This document shows positions 13,285-27,094 of a stretch of 64,000 nucleotides of DNA, piece by piece; positions within the stretch are counted from its first letter, which is position 1, and each line of letters starts with the position of its first letter. Source of the stretch: Chiloscyllium plagiosum (lineage: Eukaryota); contig NC_057718.1 of NCBI RefSeq assembly GCF_004010195.1, positions 46,677,274 through 46,741,273 of the forward strand, given 5' to 3'. The translations under genes were made by a program, and so were the position numbers. The notes below the pieces were generated by a model. That model worked only from the letters and a program-made list of their open reading frames with translations. It was not told where the DNA came from and did no database searches.

Positions 13285-13435
13285 TGTCACTGAGTCAAAA
13301 TCCTGGAATTCCCTCCCTCATGGCATTGTGGGTCAACCTACAGCAGGTAGACTGCAGGGATTCAAGAAGGCAGTTCACCCCTACCTTCTCAAGGGCAACT
13401 AGGGACGGCCAGCCAGCGACGCCCACATCCCACAA
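13285..13435 (-). mobile_element. L2-like LINE/SINE 3' tail fragment
   Basis: Similar to the minus-strand segment at ~30180-30420 and to 43490-43590. Confidence 0.5.
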
Positions 13436-14599
13436 ATGGGTTTTTGAAAATGTAGTATTCCAGAGCCAGTTAACAGGTGTAAGGACACCAAAACTTGTCA
13501 TGTTTTATTGTTGCCGGTTTAATTGCAGAATTGGGATAATGTAAACAGTCCTTGAAAACGTTGATTGGACTCAAATTCCTTATCCACAGTGTTGAAGTGC
13601 TCCTTAATAACTTTCTGAAGGGGAGACAGAATTTCTGCATACCAGAAAGATGCTGGCTATCAATGTAGGAGAGGTTAAACTTCAGGTGTGCGCGAGAAAT
13701 GAGGTTGGAGGTGATGATGGGTGGATGAAGGAGACAGCTGGTGGAAAACTCAGCAGGTTAGAGTCCCTACTCTATAGATCTTTCATTGGGACCAGCTATA
13801 TGATCATAGAAACACCTCACTGACAAGGGCTGAAGTGTGGCATACCTGGGGAATGATTAGGCCTGAATCTTGAAGACCCAAGTGTTGATCGTTATTCTTG
13901 CATGTTTTAAATGATACTTTCTCCCCTCTAAGACAGGGGCAGGAAGGATCAAGGACAGCCTTCCCACCCAAAAGGGCAGGTGGAGACTTTAAGGCCTACT
14001 CAATGACCGCATCCTGCCTTAGCTAGTATTCTACAGTAGGTGGAAGTCAGGCCATGTGGGCATCTCACCAGGTAAACCCTGGTAAACATGCATACAGCCT
14101 CTGGAGGGAGTCCCTCCTACTTGGGCAGCCTGTCAGTTACAAGGGCCAAATGTAGCGAAAGACTGCCACGTGTCTTTTGATTGACAACCCCCCCCCCCCC
14201 CCCCCCCCCCCACTACATCTCATTGCGATGTCCCTGACTGCCAAAGGCCAACTGCATCACCTACCTTTTCTCTAGGTCTCCAGCAATGATCTACAGCCTT
14301 GGCTAACAGCATGTCAGTTACCAATCCCAGTAATACTGCCAGTATTGGAGAACTTCCAGCAGCATTTAGAGGCAGAGAATTCCTCCTGATGCAGATCAGC
14401 TGAGGCAGTTTTTAGCAAGTATAAATCAATACACATAGAAGAAAAGTCATATGAAGACATTTAAACATGTAATGAAGAATTCCATTATAAAACTAAACAT
14501 ATTTAAATGAAGCAGAGGAGTGACAATTGGGATTGGTAATAAATGCTGGCTTTGCCATTAATGAATGAGGAAAGAAAATAGGACAATGAAACAATAACA

Positions 14600-14790
14600 T
14601 AAAAACAAAGGACTTCAGATGCTGGAGTTTTAAAATAAAAGCCGGAAATAGGGGAAGAAAGTCTGGTCTCAGCAGATCTGGCAGCATCATAGAAAAAGAA
14701 ATGAAGTTTTTGCCTCAAATCTAATATGACTTCTTCTTTGGATCATTGAAATGCACAGAGTCATGAATTCATTTTCTTTTGTATGTTTGC
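14600..14790. mobile_element. Decayed PLE-terminus fold-back element
   Basis: cagatgctgga...ctcagcagatctggcagcatc matches the PLE terminus family of 57110-57190. Confidence 0.55.
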
Positions 14791-15549
14791 TATTTGCGCT
14801 TTAAGCCGGCATTTTGTGAAAATAGGGATATTTAAGGAACAGAGTTCTAAGTGTTTGTTATTCCTGACCATGCTTGCCTGTCGCTACCATTAGTTATAGT
14901 CAGTTCTGCCTAGCAATAGGGATAGAACCTGTTATAAGATTTTGTACATTACAGGGTTGCTGAAAAAGCATGCACAGGTTTGGTGAAGCTTGCTGTTTGT
15001 AAAATGTTAGGACTGTGTTTATATGTAACCACTGGAGCAAAGTTTCCAAGAATTCAGGAAAGTGGAGTCCCTGAAAAGGAAGGTGAACCATCAGAATATG
15101 AACAATTATTAAGACGGTTGAAAACCATGACTTTTGAGGGAGTTTCAAATTCGCATTACAAAATGAAAACCTGTATTTCCTTGTGAAGTTTTAATAAGTT
15201 CTGTTGACCCACAGAGTATGGAGGAATGCTGAAATATCTGCAAGAGCTGTTTGATATTGATGTTATGTGAGGTGCTCAATCATTATTTATCTATTACCAA
15301 TACTTGCCTCATGTTGTATTTAGGATATTAGAATACAGTTCATATCTATCATGTTACAGTTTAAACATTCCATTTGTCAATAATCATTGCATGTTTCTTT
15401 AAATTTTATTTGTAATGAACTAGTTAATTCTTTGTTGACAAAATAAACCTGGCTGAATTGTTTCCAATGCTAATCCAGATTTGGTCTAAATATTGCATAA
15501 TTGTGTAAATCACCAGTCTGGTTAAATTTAAAATTTATTATAGTAAGTG

Positions 15550-16845
15550 GAAAAGAAGTAGCTACAGAGAGTGGATGCGGCGGTAATCATTTTCCAGGAA
15601 TCCTTAGGTCCCGACGAAGTCCTAGAGGGTTGGAAAACTGCCAATTTAACACCTTTATTTAATAAGGGAAGGAGATAACAAACAACAGGTAATGTCTGTT
15701 GTTGGGAAAATGTTACAGTCCATTATAAAGGATGCAATAGCTCAGCATTTCAAAATACATAACATGAGCAAGCAGAGTCAACAAGGCTTCGTGATGGGGA
15801 GATCATGCCTCACAAATTTACTAGAATGTTTAGAGGTAACAAGCAGGCTAGATAAAGAGGAGCAGTAGATGTAATATGTTTTCATTTTCAGAAACATTTG
15901 ATGATGTACTCACACATTAGGCTACTTAATAAGAATTAATTTTGTTGGAGACAGTACATTAGCATGGATAGATGATTGGCTAATTAATTGAAGACAGTTG
16001 AGATAAAGGGAGCATTTTTAGAATCACAACAGTAACTAGTTGAGTGCTACAGTGGTCAGTGCTGGGGTCACAATAACTTACAATATATATTAATGATTTG
16101 GAAGATAAAAGTGAATGTACTGTAGCCAAGTTTGCTGATGACACAAAAGTAGATGGAAAGGTAAGTGGTGATGATGACGCAAAGAGAATAGAGGGATATA
16201 GATAGATAGGTTAAGGTGAGTGAGAAAAAAATCTTGACAGATGGACTATAATATGGGAAATTGTGAAGTTATGCCTTTGGGAGGAAGAATAGAGGAGCTG
16301 AATATTATTTAAATGGAAAAAGATTGCGGAAAGCTACTGAACAGAGAGATTTGGAGTGCAGCAGGTAATAGGAAAGGCAAATGAAATGTTGGACTATATT
16401 TCAAAGGGAATGGATTTATGAAAGTATGAATGTTTTAATATAATTATAGAAGTCACTAGTGAGACTACAGCTGGAATACTCTGAACAGTTTTGAGTCATT
16501 TGTCTAAGGAAAGCTAGACTGACATTGGAGGCAGTTCAAAGAAGGTTCATTTAGCCAGATACCAGGTTATAGACCAGGTATAGATACCAGGTTTTATGAG
16601 GATAAGTTGAGTAGGTTGGGTTTGTACTCGTTGGAATTTAGAAGAATGAAAGGCAACCTTATTGAAACACACAAGATTCTTACAAGATTTGAGAGATTTT
16701 TAATTCATAAGGGAATGAGTTATGGGGAAAACGCAGGAAAGTGGAGTTGAGGATTGTCAGATTCGCCATGATTTCATTGAATGATGGAGCAGATTCGATG
16801 GGCTGAATAGCCTACTTCTGATTCTATGTTTTATGGTCTTAAAGT
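15550..16845 (+). mobile_element. CR1 LINE RT region, internally deleted; (TCTTATGG)-type tail
   Basis: WKTAN.TPLF.K, QQGF..GRSCLTNL, FADDTK, LY.SLVR.QLEY..QF. Confidence 0.88.
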
Positions 16846-17186
16846 CTTAACCTCAATTGTAACAATAGCTAAAACAGTCAAACAGTAGTAAGGAATTCTA
16901 TTTACACCGCTCTGTCCAGATTGCTCCTGGCTTACTGGATTCAGCTTGACATTACAATTAAGCACTGGCAGGAGGACAAATTTAAATCAGCATTTGATGG
17001 TACAAAACTTGAGTGTTGCTGGAAAATAAACATTTCATTGGAAATTTTTCATCTTGAACTCATCAGGCTAATTTGCAAGAATATTGATTTATTAATACTT
17101 GAATGCATTAATAATGCATTGATATGTTGCATCTAATATACACAACATACCATCCTGTGAGGGTGACTGGCAATCCTAAACTGGTT

Positions 17187-17327
17187 AGGCTGCATCCAAG
17201 GAGCAGGAGAATTGATGTTTTGGGCAACTCTCCTGCTTCTTGGATGCTGCCTGACCTGCTGTGCTTTTCCAGCACCACAGTCTTCCACTCTGATTCTCCA
17301 GCATCTGTAGTCTTAACTTTCTCCTAA
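17187..17327. mobile_element. PLE-terminus mini fold-back
   Basis: gcatccaaggagcaggaga ... ctcctgcttcttggatgc inverted arms, followed by the rest of the PLE terminus. Confidence 0.75.
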
Positions 17328-17634
17328 TCTGAAATTGGTTGTCAGTGAAACCATTTACACACGCAGGATTATCCAGCATCTGTTGTCCAGTTGCAGTATC
17401 ATATTTAGTGTTAGACACTATTGTGGTAAGCACATATTGTTTGAGTATGATCAGTATCTTATTTTTTGCGAACAGTCAAAGGGATATGCTGTTTGATATG
17501 ATCCACCAGTCTTTGGAATATACAGCCTAATACTTGGCATCGTACTGGTACTAAAATGTACATAACACATTACACATTTGTATGATAGGCATAATGCCTT
17601 TTTGACTTAGTGACAATATCCTGACAAAAAAATT

Positions 17635-17865
17635 GCGGATGCTGGAATCCAAGATAGACAAGCAGGAGGCTGGAAGAACATAGCAAGCCAGGCAACTTCA
17701 GGAGGTGGAGAAGTCAATGTTTCTGGTGTAACACTTCTTCAGGACTGGGGTAAGGTGAAAAAGGAGCTGCAGATAAAAGAGGGGGAGGTGGTGGGGGTGG
17801 GGTGTGAGGAGGGGATTGTGATGAGGTAGGGAAAGGTGAGCACAGGTGGAGGGTATGATCTGCAG
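17635..17865 (-). mobile_element. PLE terminus with HHR motif
   Basis: Reverse complement agtc-CTGAAGA-agtgttacacca-GAAA-catt-gact. Confidence 0.7.
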
Positions 17866-17869
17866 CTAT

Positions 17870-18680
17870 TGTCTAAAACCCTGTTAGTGGCAAACACCAC
17901 AGTATTGCAACTGCCTAGTTGCAGTGTGAAACACCTGTTACTCCAACACTTGAGGCACCTTAACTTTCCAGGGTAACTGAGGTTGACCGTCCACTTTCCA
18001 GGATCAGAAGTGACAGACTTCAGGCCACTCATGAGTTTGTGGGATATGCAGTAAGAAATGATCTGATCAGAGGAGTCATTGTCCTGTAGAATGACACAGA
18101 CTAGTTCCATTTCAGTTTTTAACATGCACAGTGAAAGAAATGGATCAGGCCCTATTTACAAATTTAATACACATGGACCCTGTTCTTTCCAGACAAAAAG
18201 CATGTGTACATGCAATGCATCTATTTCAACTCAACAAAACAGGTGACCAACATTTGCTGGTTCACTTCTGAGGGAAATGCCTTCATCAATCAGGGTCAAG
18301 GTGTCTGGTTTAACATTTTAACAAATCCTGGCAGTTAACTATCCATCTTTAACTGCTGCATTCTTCATGGAAACAGCTCTCCCAATCAGAGACAAAAAAA
18401 AATTAGCTCCCCCTACCCCCAACCCCCACATCCAGTCCTGAAGAAGGGTTGCACCTGAAACAGTGACTTCTCCACCTCCTGATGCTGCCTGGCATGCTGT
18501 GTACCTCCAGCCTCCTGTTTGTCTACTCCCAATCAGATTCCACTTGTCAACCACTCACCATTCTTTCTCATATGGTGTAAATAGTTGTTTCCCCTTAAAT
18601 TGGTATTGTTGTGGTTTGTCCTGATGAGTGCAAGGTTAAAAGCTTTGACAAAATGCCTCGTCAGTTTTCAGCAGTACTCA
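17870..18680 (+). mobile_element. Second, distinct Penelope-like family 3' fragment ending in an HHR; split by a nested PLE terminus
   Basis: GIY-YIG-tail-like remnant ~18150-18235; tttgtc-CTGATGA...aaaagcttt-gacaaa at 18615-18652. Confidence 0.55.
18391..18525 (+). mobile_element. Nested PLE terminus with HHR and 12-bp TSD
   Basis: TSD ctcccaatcaga at 18379-18390 and 18526-18537; agtc-CTGAAGA-a-gggt(tgc)acct-GAAA-cagt-gact. Confidence 0.8.
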
Positions 18681-19239
18681 AAAATGTAAATCTGAAAAAT
18701 AACTTCAAAGTATGAGAATTTCACAAAGAAACATAGTTGCGGTGTAGTAGGAGATAAAGTTTTAAGTCAGATATTGAGGGAATTCTTCACACAAAGAATC
18801 TTACTCAGAGGGTAGTGTCCAATCAGGGTAATGGAGGCAATAATCCTGAAATCTTTTAAAAAGCAATTGGATGTTGAAGCAGGATTTTGCAATCTTTCTG
18901 AATGTAATCGTCAAGATGGGCTGAATCATCTGCAGTTACCTTGCAACCATCAAATTTTACTCTCTGTGCATTTAATTCAATGACATTGATTACCAAAGTG
19001 GATGTCTTCTGCAACCTAAAGCCAAATTTAACCTTTTCTCCCACTGAAGATTTTTCAATGGTTTCTTCACCTTGCTGCCAGACTACGATATTTCTGTACG
19101 TCTGTCAGTATTGATATGCGCCTTCAATAAACATCACTAAAATAATACTTCATTGTTTATGTGAAATTACATGTCAAAATATCATGAGCCCTCCCACTTT
19201 AGCAGAAACGATACCGGATATCAAACAAAACTAGGGTCA

Positions 19240-19592
19240 CCTTCCTATCGGAAAGATGTTGTGAAACTTGAAAGGGTTCAGAAAAGATTTACAAGGATGT
19301 TGCCAGGGTTGGAGGATTTGAGCTATAGGGAGAGGCTGAGCTAAGGGGCAACGTTTTCACGCAGAGGGTGGTATGTCTATGGAATGAACTGCCAGAGGAT
19401 GTGGTGGAGGCTGGTACAATTGCAACATTTAAAAGGCATCTGGATGGGTATATGAATAGGAAGGGTTTGGAGGGATATGGGCCAGGTGCTGGCAGATGGG
19501 ACTAGATTGGGTTGGGATATCTGGTCGGCATGGACAGGTTGGACTGAAGGGTCTGTTTCCATGCTTCATGTCTCTATGACTCTATGACTCTA
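19240..19592 (+). mobile_element. CR1 3' end with internal deletion
   Basis: LERVQKRFTRMLPG joined directly to LRGNVFTQRVV; (CTCTATGA) tail. Confidence 0.9.
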
Positions 19593-19777
19593 CAAAGTGA
19601 TAGGCTATGGATTAGTATCACTACACCCTTGAAGCTTGCCTTCTTTATACTAATGCCCTGACACGTGCAATTAATATGTTCCAAGATATGTGAAAGTATT
19701 TGCTGCAATCAGTTCTCCAGTATTTCTTTCTTGACGTTGTTGCTCTCTAAGAGCAAATTACCATACTGCTTATAACC

Positions 19778-20497
19778 TTGAGCAGGGATGTACTTCTGAG
19801 GCTCTATAAGGCTCTGGTCAGACCACATTTAGAGTATTGGGTGCAGTTTTGGGCCCCATATCTCAGGAATGTTGTATGGCCTAGGAGGAGGTTCACAAGA
19901 ATGGTCCCAGGAATGAAAAGCTTAACATATGAGGAACACTTAAGGACCCTGGGTTATACTCAATGGAGTTTAGAATGATGGGGGGGAATATAATTGAAAC
20001 TTAATCGAATACTGAATGGCCTGGACAGTGTAAATGTTGGGAAGATGTTTCCATTTGTAGGAGAGACTAAGATCCGAGGGCATCGCTTTAGAGTAAAGGG
20101 AAGACCTTTTAGAATGGAGCTAAAGAGAAACTTCTTCAGACAGAGAGTGGTGAATCTATGGAGTTCATTGCCACAGAAGGCTGTGGAGGCCAGGTCATTG
20201 AGTATATTTAAGAATGAGATAGATAGGTTCTTGAGTATCAAGGGGATCTAGGGTTACGAGAAAAAGTGGGAGAATGGGGTTGAGAAACTTTCTGCCCGAA
20301 ACATTCATTCTCCTGCTCCTCGGATGCTGCCTAACCTGTTGTGCTTTTCCAGCACCACACTCTCGACTCTGATCTTCAGCATCTTCAGTCCTCCCTTTCT
20401 CCTTCCTGAGAAACGTATCAGCCACGATTGAATGGCAGAGCAGACTCGATGGGCCGAATGGCTCAATTTCTGCTCCTATGTCTTAGGGTCTTATGGA
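19778..20497 (+). mobile_element. CR1 3' portion with nested PLE terminus (20289-20406)
   Basis: LYKALVRPHLEY.VQFW, RGHRF, FFRQRVVNLWSSLP; nested insert flanked by tgagaaac at 20281-20288 and 20407-20414. Confidence 0.9.
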
Positions 20498-20871
20498 CTA
20501 CACCCCAGGTCCTTCTCCCCAACAATTATCACCACCAACATTCTCGAGGATGCAACTTATGAGTTTATCTGACCATTGCCAAGTGAGTTGCAATGTGCAA
20601 AGGAACCGAAACTTGCTGGCTAGCTGACAACATGAGCCATCAGTGATCCCCTGTACTTTCTCAAAAGTGTCAGCATGGTCAAATTAAGCAACATGCTACT
20701 CCCCCACTGCTGTTTAAAGGGAAAGGAATTGTAAGAGTTTGCCATTAATTATACTCAATGCATCAATTCACTGTACAATGTATGAGTGGGCAACAAATGA
20801 TTTGGCATCAAATAGTGTGACCTGGAATAATGAAATGGAGGGACAGGATTTGAAAGTACTGCTGTCTTTAA

Positions 20872-21062
20872 CAAAACAGAAAGTGCTGGAGGAAATCAGC
20901 AGATCTGGCAATATCTGTAGAGAGAAAAACAGTTAAATGTTTCTTGAGAACTAGAGTCACTGGACTCAAAATCTTAATTGTGTTTTTTTCTCTACAGATA
21001 CTGCAAGACCTGTTGAGTTTCTCCAGCACATTCTGCATTTGCAGTCCTTTGCTTTTATTCAA
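20872..21062. mobile_element. PLE-terminus fold-back with 10-bp TSD
   Basis: gtgctggaggaaatcagcagatctggca / tgcaagacctgttgagtttctccagcac inverted arms; TSD ctgtctttaa at 20862-20871 and 21063-21072. Confidence 0.8.
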
Positions 21063-21307
21063 CTGTCTTTAAGTTGGTTTCAAGTGTTCTTGCAATAAGT
21101 GACAAATCTTCATATGAGACTTCCCTGTTAATGCATTACTCAAGGAGGTATTTGTCATTGTTCATTGGTAGATAGGTGTGTCAATATTGCCAGACATGAT
21201 TGACTGCACTATTACACAATGGTGGGAGCAATTCACATTCCTATTCAACTTACGATCACACCTTAATTTATTGTGTTCCATTCAATCATCAAAATCATTG
21301 TTTCATA

Positions 21308-21685
21308 AGGCTGAGGAGTGACTTTATAAAGGTTTATAAAATCATAAGGGGCATGGATAGGGTGAGTAGTCAAAGTCTTTTTCTCAGAGTAGGGGAGTTC
21401 AAAACTAGAGGGCTTGGGTTTAAGGAGAAAATGGAAAGATGTAAAAGGGACCTGAGGGCAACCTTTTCACACAGAGGGTGATGAGTGTTTAGAATGAGAA
21501 GGTGGGTACAATTACAACATTTAAAAGGCATATGGATGGGTACATAAATAGAAAGGGTTTAAAGGGATATGGGCCAAATGCTGACAAATGGAACTAGATC
21601 AGTTTAGGATATCTGGTTGGTACGGTCGAGTTGGACCGCAAGGTGTGTTTCTGTGCTGTACAACTCTATGATTCTATGACTCTAT
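21308..21685 (+). mobile_element. CR1 3' end
   Basis: RLRSDFIKVYKIIRGMDR...KTRG; tail ctctatgattctatgactct. Confidence 0.88.
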
Positions 21686-22244
21686 TTTTAACAAACTTCA
21701 ATTGCTGCCCACAACTGACACTCCCCTTTGCATCTAATTATTTTGTGCTCCCCTCAATCCTTGTGAAAATTGGTCTTTGGAATATTTGTTTTCCTTTTTT
21801 ATTTCATTCTGCCCGGTTCTTATGAAATCGTATAAACTAGTAACTTAATATGCAATAATGGATCATTTAACACAGGATGTTAAATAACACACTATCCTGT
21901 GAGAGATTATTCTGAAATTACATTTCCTCAATAAAAATTTCTATAATTAAAACACAATACTGCAAAACTGATCTTAAGTATTGCAAGCATAAACAACACC
22001 ATACATATTCTCCCTCGCAATTGGCTTAATTGTGCATGATTCTAATTAATCTCTGGTTGATCTGTGGTTCTTCACCATGTATTTAAAATTAGCTTTCTCT
22101 TCTACAAAAGTGTAGTCCTGTGATAAGAATACTTGTGATCCAGCAGTAGTGTCCCTACCTCTAGGCCAGGAGGCCTGTGTTCAGGTCCCACTTGCTCCAG
22201 AGGTATGTAATACTGTCCTTGAACAACTTGGTTAGAAAATATCT

Positions 22245-22835
22245 AGCATTCATTTTAGAGGGCTGCAATACAAGAGCAGAGATGTCCTGCTGAAGGTGTG
22301 TAAGGCTCTGGTCAGCCTGCATTTGGAATGTTGTGAGCAGTATCGGCTCCTGCATCTAAGGAAGGATGCACTGGGCTGAGGAGGTTCACAAAAAATGATC
22401 CTGGGAATGAAAGGTTTGTTATATGAGGAGCAGTTGTGTCTGTAGTTAATGGAGGTTAGAAGGATGAGCTGGGGCATCTGATTGAAACTTACAGAAAACT
22501 GAAAGGCCTAGATGGAGTAGATGTGGAGAACATGTTTCCACTAGCAGGAGAGACTAGGACCCGATGGTACAGCCTCACAATTAAAGGATGACACTTTAGA
22601 ACTGAGATGAAGATGAACTTCCTCAGCTGGAGGGTGGTTAATCTGGAATTCTGCCATTGACGGCTGTTGAGGACAAGTCATTGAGTGTATTTAAGACCGA
22701 GATAGATAGTTTCTTGATTAGTAAGGGGATCAAAGGATTCAGGGAGGAGGTTGAGAAACAAAGCAGCCATAATTGAATGGTGGAGCAGACTCAATGAGCA
22801 AAATGGCCTGACTGTTATGGTCTTATGGTCTTATC
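22245..22835 (+). mobile_element. CR1 3' portion, (TCTTATGG) tail
   Basis: Homologous to 19778-20497. Confidence 0.85.
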
Positions 22836-22845
22836 TATTCTTGTA

Positions 22846-23186
22846 ATAGAGTCATAGAGACGTACAGCACGGAAACAGATCCTTCAGTCCAACTCATTCA
22901 TGCTGACCAGATATCCTAAATTAATCTAGTCCCATTTGTTCATATCGCTCTAAACCCTTCCTATTCATGTACCCATCCAGATGCCTTTTAAATGTAATTG
23001 TACCAGCCTCCACCACTTCCTCTGGCAACTCATTCCATACATGTACCACCCTCTGCGTGAAAAAGCTGTCCATTAGGTCCCTTTTATATCTTTCCCCTCT
23101 CACTCTAAACCTATGTCCTCTAGTTCTGAACTCCCCCACCCCAGGGGAAAGACCCTGACTATTTACCCTACCCATGCCACTCATGA
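22846..23186 (-). mobile_element. CR1 3' end (tail-to-tail with the previous copy)
   Basis: ORF 22921-23184: RTRGHRFRVRGERYK...FFTQRVVHVWNELPEE. Confidence 0.92.
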
Positions 23187-26100
23187 AATTTACGCCAAAT
23201 GCTTAGTAAATATTTGTGCACGTATTCTAGAATCTTCTTGAGAACGTGACACAAAATAGGACACACCTCTAGCTCAAAGGATGCAGCTGGTAGGGAAAAC
23301 AAAATCACATGTAGAAGGAATTGGTTTCACATTATGCCTGAGGCTTGATGACTCAATTTTCCAATTTCCCAGTAGCTGAGAGCAATATCAGCTCCATAAC
23401 TCACAATAGGTATGGCGTTTTGATGTGTTTAGAGCATTTTAAAATTACAGCTGAGTTACATATTACATTTTATATCTGTAGTGAGATAGTTGTATCATCA
23501 CTTATTGGACAGGAGCACACACGGTAGGATGCCTTTAAGGTGTAAAGTGATTTTTCTACTGTTTACTATTCAGCAAGTCTCACCATTGATTTTAAAATAT
23601 ATTATCTGATTGCTTTTGTTATGAATCACAAAGGAAGCAGTGCAGTCCATTTGAACTTGACCCAATAATGCTTTTTAAGATGCCACACCTCTATTGCACA
23701 ACAGATGACTCAGTGCAGGATGGGAGTGTTAACAGTAATTCAATGTGAGTGCCAAAGAAATTGTGTACATTTTTTTATAAATAACTTCATTAACAGTATT
23801 CTTCCCTTTGCCTTGGTCCCCTACAGAGACAATTACCCCTGCAGTTGTGAAATGCTTTTTCAAGGTGTGTTCTCAATGATAATCATATGGAATTCCAGAA
23901 GATCTGCATCTGTGGACCAAAGCAGACAGGCTGTTAAATTATTCATTAGAACAACATAGTGTTCCTGGATCCCGGATAAAAATGGGGACGCAGTGATATA
24001 ATGTACTGAATGTACGAAAAATTGAGGCTTAGCTGATATTGTACCCAATCAGAGCATACAATGGAACAGCATGCATTGCATTTGCTAACTGAGATCATGC
24101 AGAAGCAGGATCATGGTCAGCTTTACAGCCCCATACTCAGCTTAGAGATGTTGGTGGGATTGAAGGAAATAATGAGGGAGTCATAAGTTAGTGTTTGGGA
24201 AGGAGCAGTGGCTGGTTTAATGTGGAGCAGTACCTCTGTTTCTTCTGGATTTACAATAATGTCAGTAAAATGTTTGAGGGGGTAAGGTGAAAACCTCCTA
24301 GGATGATTGGCTTGATTGATAAAAGCCTGACATAACTGACCACAACCATGTACAGCCCTTGTCCTGATCACTCCACAAGCTGAATTCTCAAAGGGGTCTG
24401 AAACAGATATTAGGTTCCAATTTGCATGAGCAAACCAACACCAAGACCGGTTTCACAACACCTTGGGTGTGTACTCAGCAGCCTGATCTAATATGACAGG
24501 TTGCGTCTTTCCTTGCAGAATAAGTACACACACACATCACCACAATATTAGACAGATAGGTACTTGTGACTAATAACCATGACAGATGGATGAACCCTTG
24601 TGCAATTTGATAAGTTGACAGCAAGATTGCCAAAGCATAGCAAAGTGGAAAGATTTATTAAGCATAAATTATGGCTTAGATAATGAGCCTGTAGTTAATG
24701 CTGATTAACAGTTTATTCTGAACAGGGCAACCGAGTGCACAAAAATGTGTAAACTACTCTTTCTGATTTCTAAAAGGCTTGTAGACTATTCTGACTTCAG
24801 TAGTCTGCTCAGTCTTCTTGTTCAATTGAATGGTTACCAGGACGCTTCATGCATTTTTAATTAGTCTTGAGCATCTGATGTTAGTGTCTAAGTATTACAC
24901 ATCCCTCAGTAAGAAGACACTCATACATTGCAGAAACGTAATAAATTTATTTTAGTGGACTGGATAAAAATTTTGTGCAGTTAGAGGTAAGTATGCAAGT
25001 TACAAAGTTTCACTTAAATTCTAAATATAACGTTTAAACTTATACAGACACACCCTAAAGCACCAGAATTTGAATGCACAGTTTAATTATTTTACAAAAT
25101 GTAATTCCAGGGCAACATTTTCTCATAACCTATACCTCCCTCTTACATTTAATGCCAGGGTCTGAACCGAACCTGTTTGGCTAGAGTAAAGTGATCATGA
25201 CTCACAACTCTTTTAACTGTTTAATGTATCATTGATAACATACAATCACCCCCCCCCCCCCCCACCCCGCTCGTTACAATTTCAACAATACTCAGGAACA
25301 CTGCTCCCCATTATTCTCCTCAATTTTTAGGAGTAGTCTCAATGAGATCACTCGGAACAATGGTCCCTCCGTGTAGATTAGATTTTTCTCTCAATTTGCT
25401 CTCTTGTCCCTAAAAGCAAGCTGTATACAGCAAAAAAAATCACATAAAATAATATTTTAACTACTTTTTTTGATTGTAATGTCTTATATGAACTCCACAA
25501 TCTGAGCTCATGTTAATCCACCAACATATAAGGGTGGTTTGATTTTCTGGGATTATCAACATCATTAAATTGGTGAATGAGTTTTACCCTCAGTTCTGGA
25601 TTTAGCATTTCCAAAGGATGTGGGTGCCAACTCAGACATAAAGGAACAATAGCTGTTAGCTTGTATGTGCTATTTACTGGGTGGCCACAGGGGTTCACTG
25701 GTCAAGACAATCATTTAAATCTGGACAAACACACACAAATGTGTGGTCTGATTGCATCAGCTAATTCTTAGTTAACATACTCATGAAGTCACATCACCAT
25801 TCCCCAATCTCTGAGTAATTTCATTTCAGATGTCAGCCTTTTTTTATGTTTTAGTTAGGTCTCTTGATTTCTGAGATACAAAATGTGGCCCATTTGTTAC
25901 AATTGTCCATTAACAAGTTGACTTTGTAATCCTTACCTTTAAAAATCAACTTCCACTAAATTAAATGTGTTCTTCCTGAAGGACTGGCTTCATCATTATA
26001 AGTCTTATTTTCTGCCATCTTTTTATCCATTATGAATATATTGTATTTATGTGGAGAATCTCCAGAGTGCACTGCAGATATCACATTTAGCAACATAGGG

Positions 26101-26429
26101 CTATGCCATTTGTTTAAAAGACCAGAATGAGTTGATAATTGCAGCAATTTGTTGTTTCGTGACCAAAATGTGCAGGATGCCAAATAGGTGGAAGGAGATA
26201 GCAGGAAAAATCTGCCGATACATTTCAAAAAGGAGTGGTTGATGACAATGGAGGAATTAAGTATACTGATATGGATTGCAAAAGTAACAGTGCAAAGGGC
26301 AAAAATGTGAAGAAACATCGAAATTTTTTTTAAAAGGAACAGGATTAGTCCTTTGAGACTGCTCCACTGTGACTGAACAGCCTACTTAGTATTATGTTCC
26401 ACCCTTTTATCCCTTTAGCCCTAATTTAC

Positions 26430-26855
26430 TGATAATTGAAAGTAGGTGGGAGGGCCCGTTGTGACGAGGACATAATGAATCCGCAACAAGATATAGGGAG
26501 GTTGAGTGAGTGGGTAAAAAGAAATTGGCACATAGAGTTTAATGTAAGAAAGTGTGAGGTCATGCAGTTTGGTAGGAAGAATCATGAGGCAGATTATTGT
26601 TTAAATGGAAAGAGACTCCAACAATTGCAGCACAGAGGAATCTGGGTGTTTTTAAACACAAAATGTTAGCATGCAGGTGCAGCAAGTAGTTAAGAAGACA
26701 TTTGGAATTTGGTCTTTATTGCAACAGGATTTGAATTAAAATGTAGGAAAGTCTTGTTATAACTGTACAGTGTGTTGGTGAGGCTGTGCTTGGATTACTG
26801 TGTACAGGTTTGTACATTTTTTGTCACTGCTTTCAAAAAGGATATGTTGGCATTG
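26430..26855 (+). mobile_element. Old CR1 RT C-terminal fragment
   Basis: QQDIGRLSEW..NWHIEFNVRKCEVMQFG; LY..LVR..LDYCVQ. Confidence 0.8.
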
Positions 26856-27085
26856 AGTTCAAATCCCACCGTGACAGATGGTAGAATTTTAGTACGACAA
26901 AAATCAGGATTTAAGAGTCTGATAATGATCTATTGTCAATTATTAGCAAAACCCATCTAGTTCACTAATGCTCTTAAGGGAAGGAAACTGCCATCTTTGC
27001 CTGATCTGGTCTGTATGTGACTTCAGACCCACTGAAATGTGGTGGACTCTAACTGCCCTCTGAACTGGCCTAATAAGGCTACTTT
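26855..27085 (+). mobile_element. tRNA-derived SINE (family also at 52680-52995 and 43490-43750)
   Basis: B-box-like gagttcaaatccc; aaaacccatctagttcactaatg core shared with the other copies. Confidence 0.65.
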
Positions 27086-27094
27086 TTTTTTCTA

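Noticed and set aside
14188..14211. Poly-C tract (also ~25248-25263) as a G-quadruplex element
   Set aside because: Simple homopolymer inside decayed repeat sequence; length unreliable and no supporting context
14860..15545. Possible solo LTR (also ~24880-25280)
   Set aside because: Only compositional resemblance and an AATAAA; no TG..CA termini with TSD established
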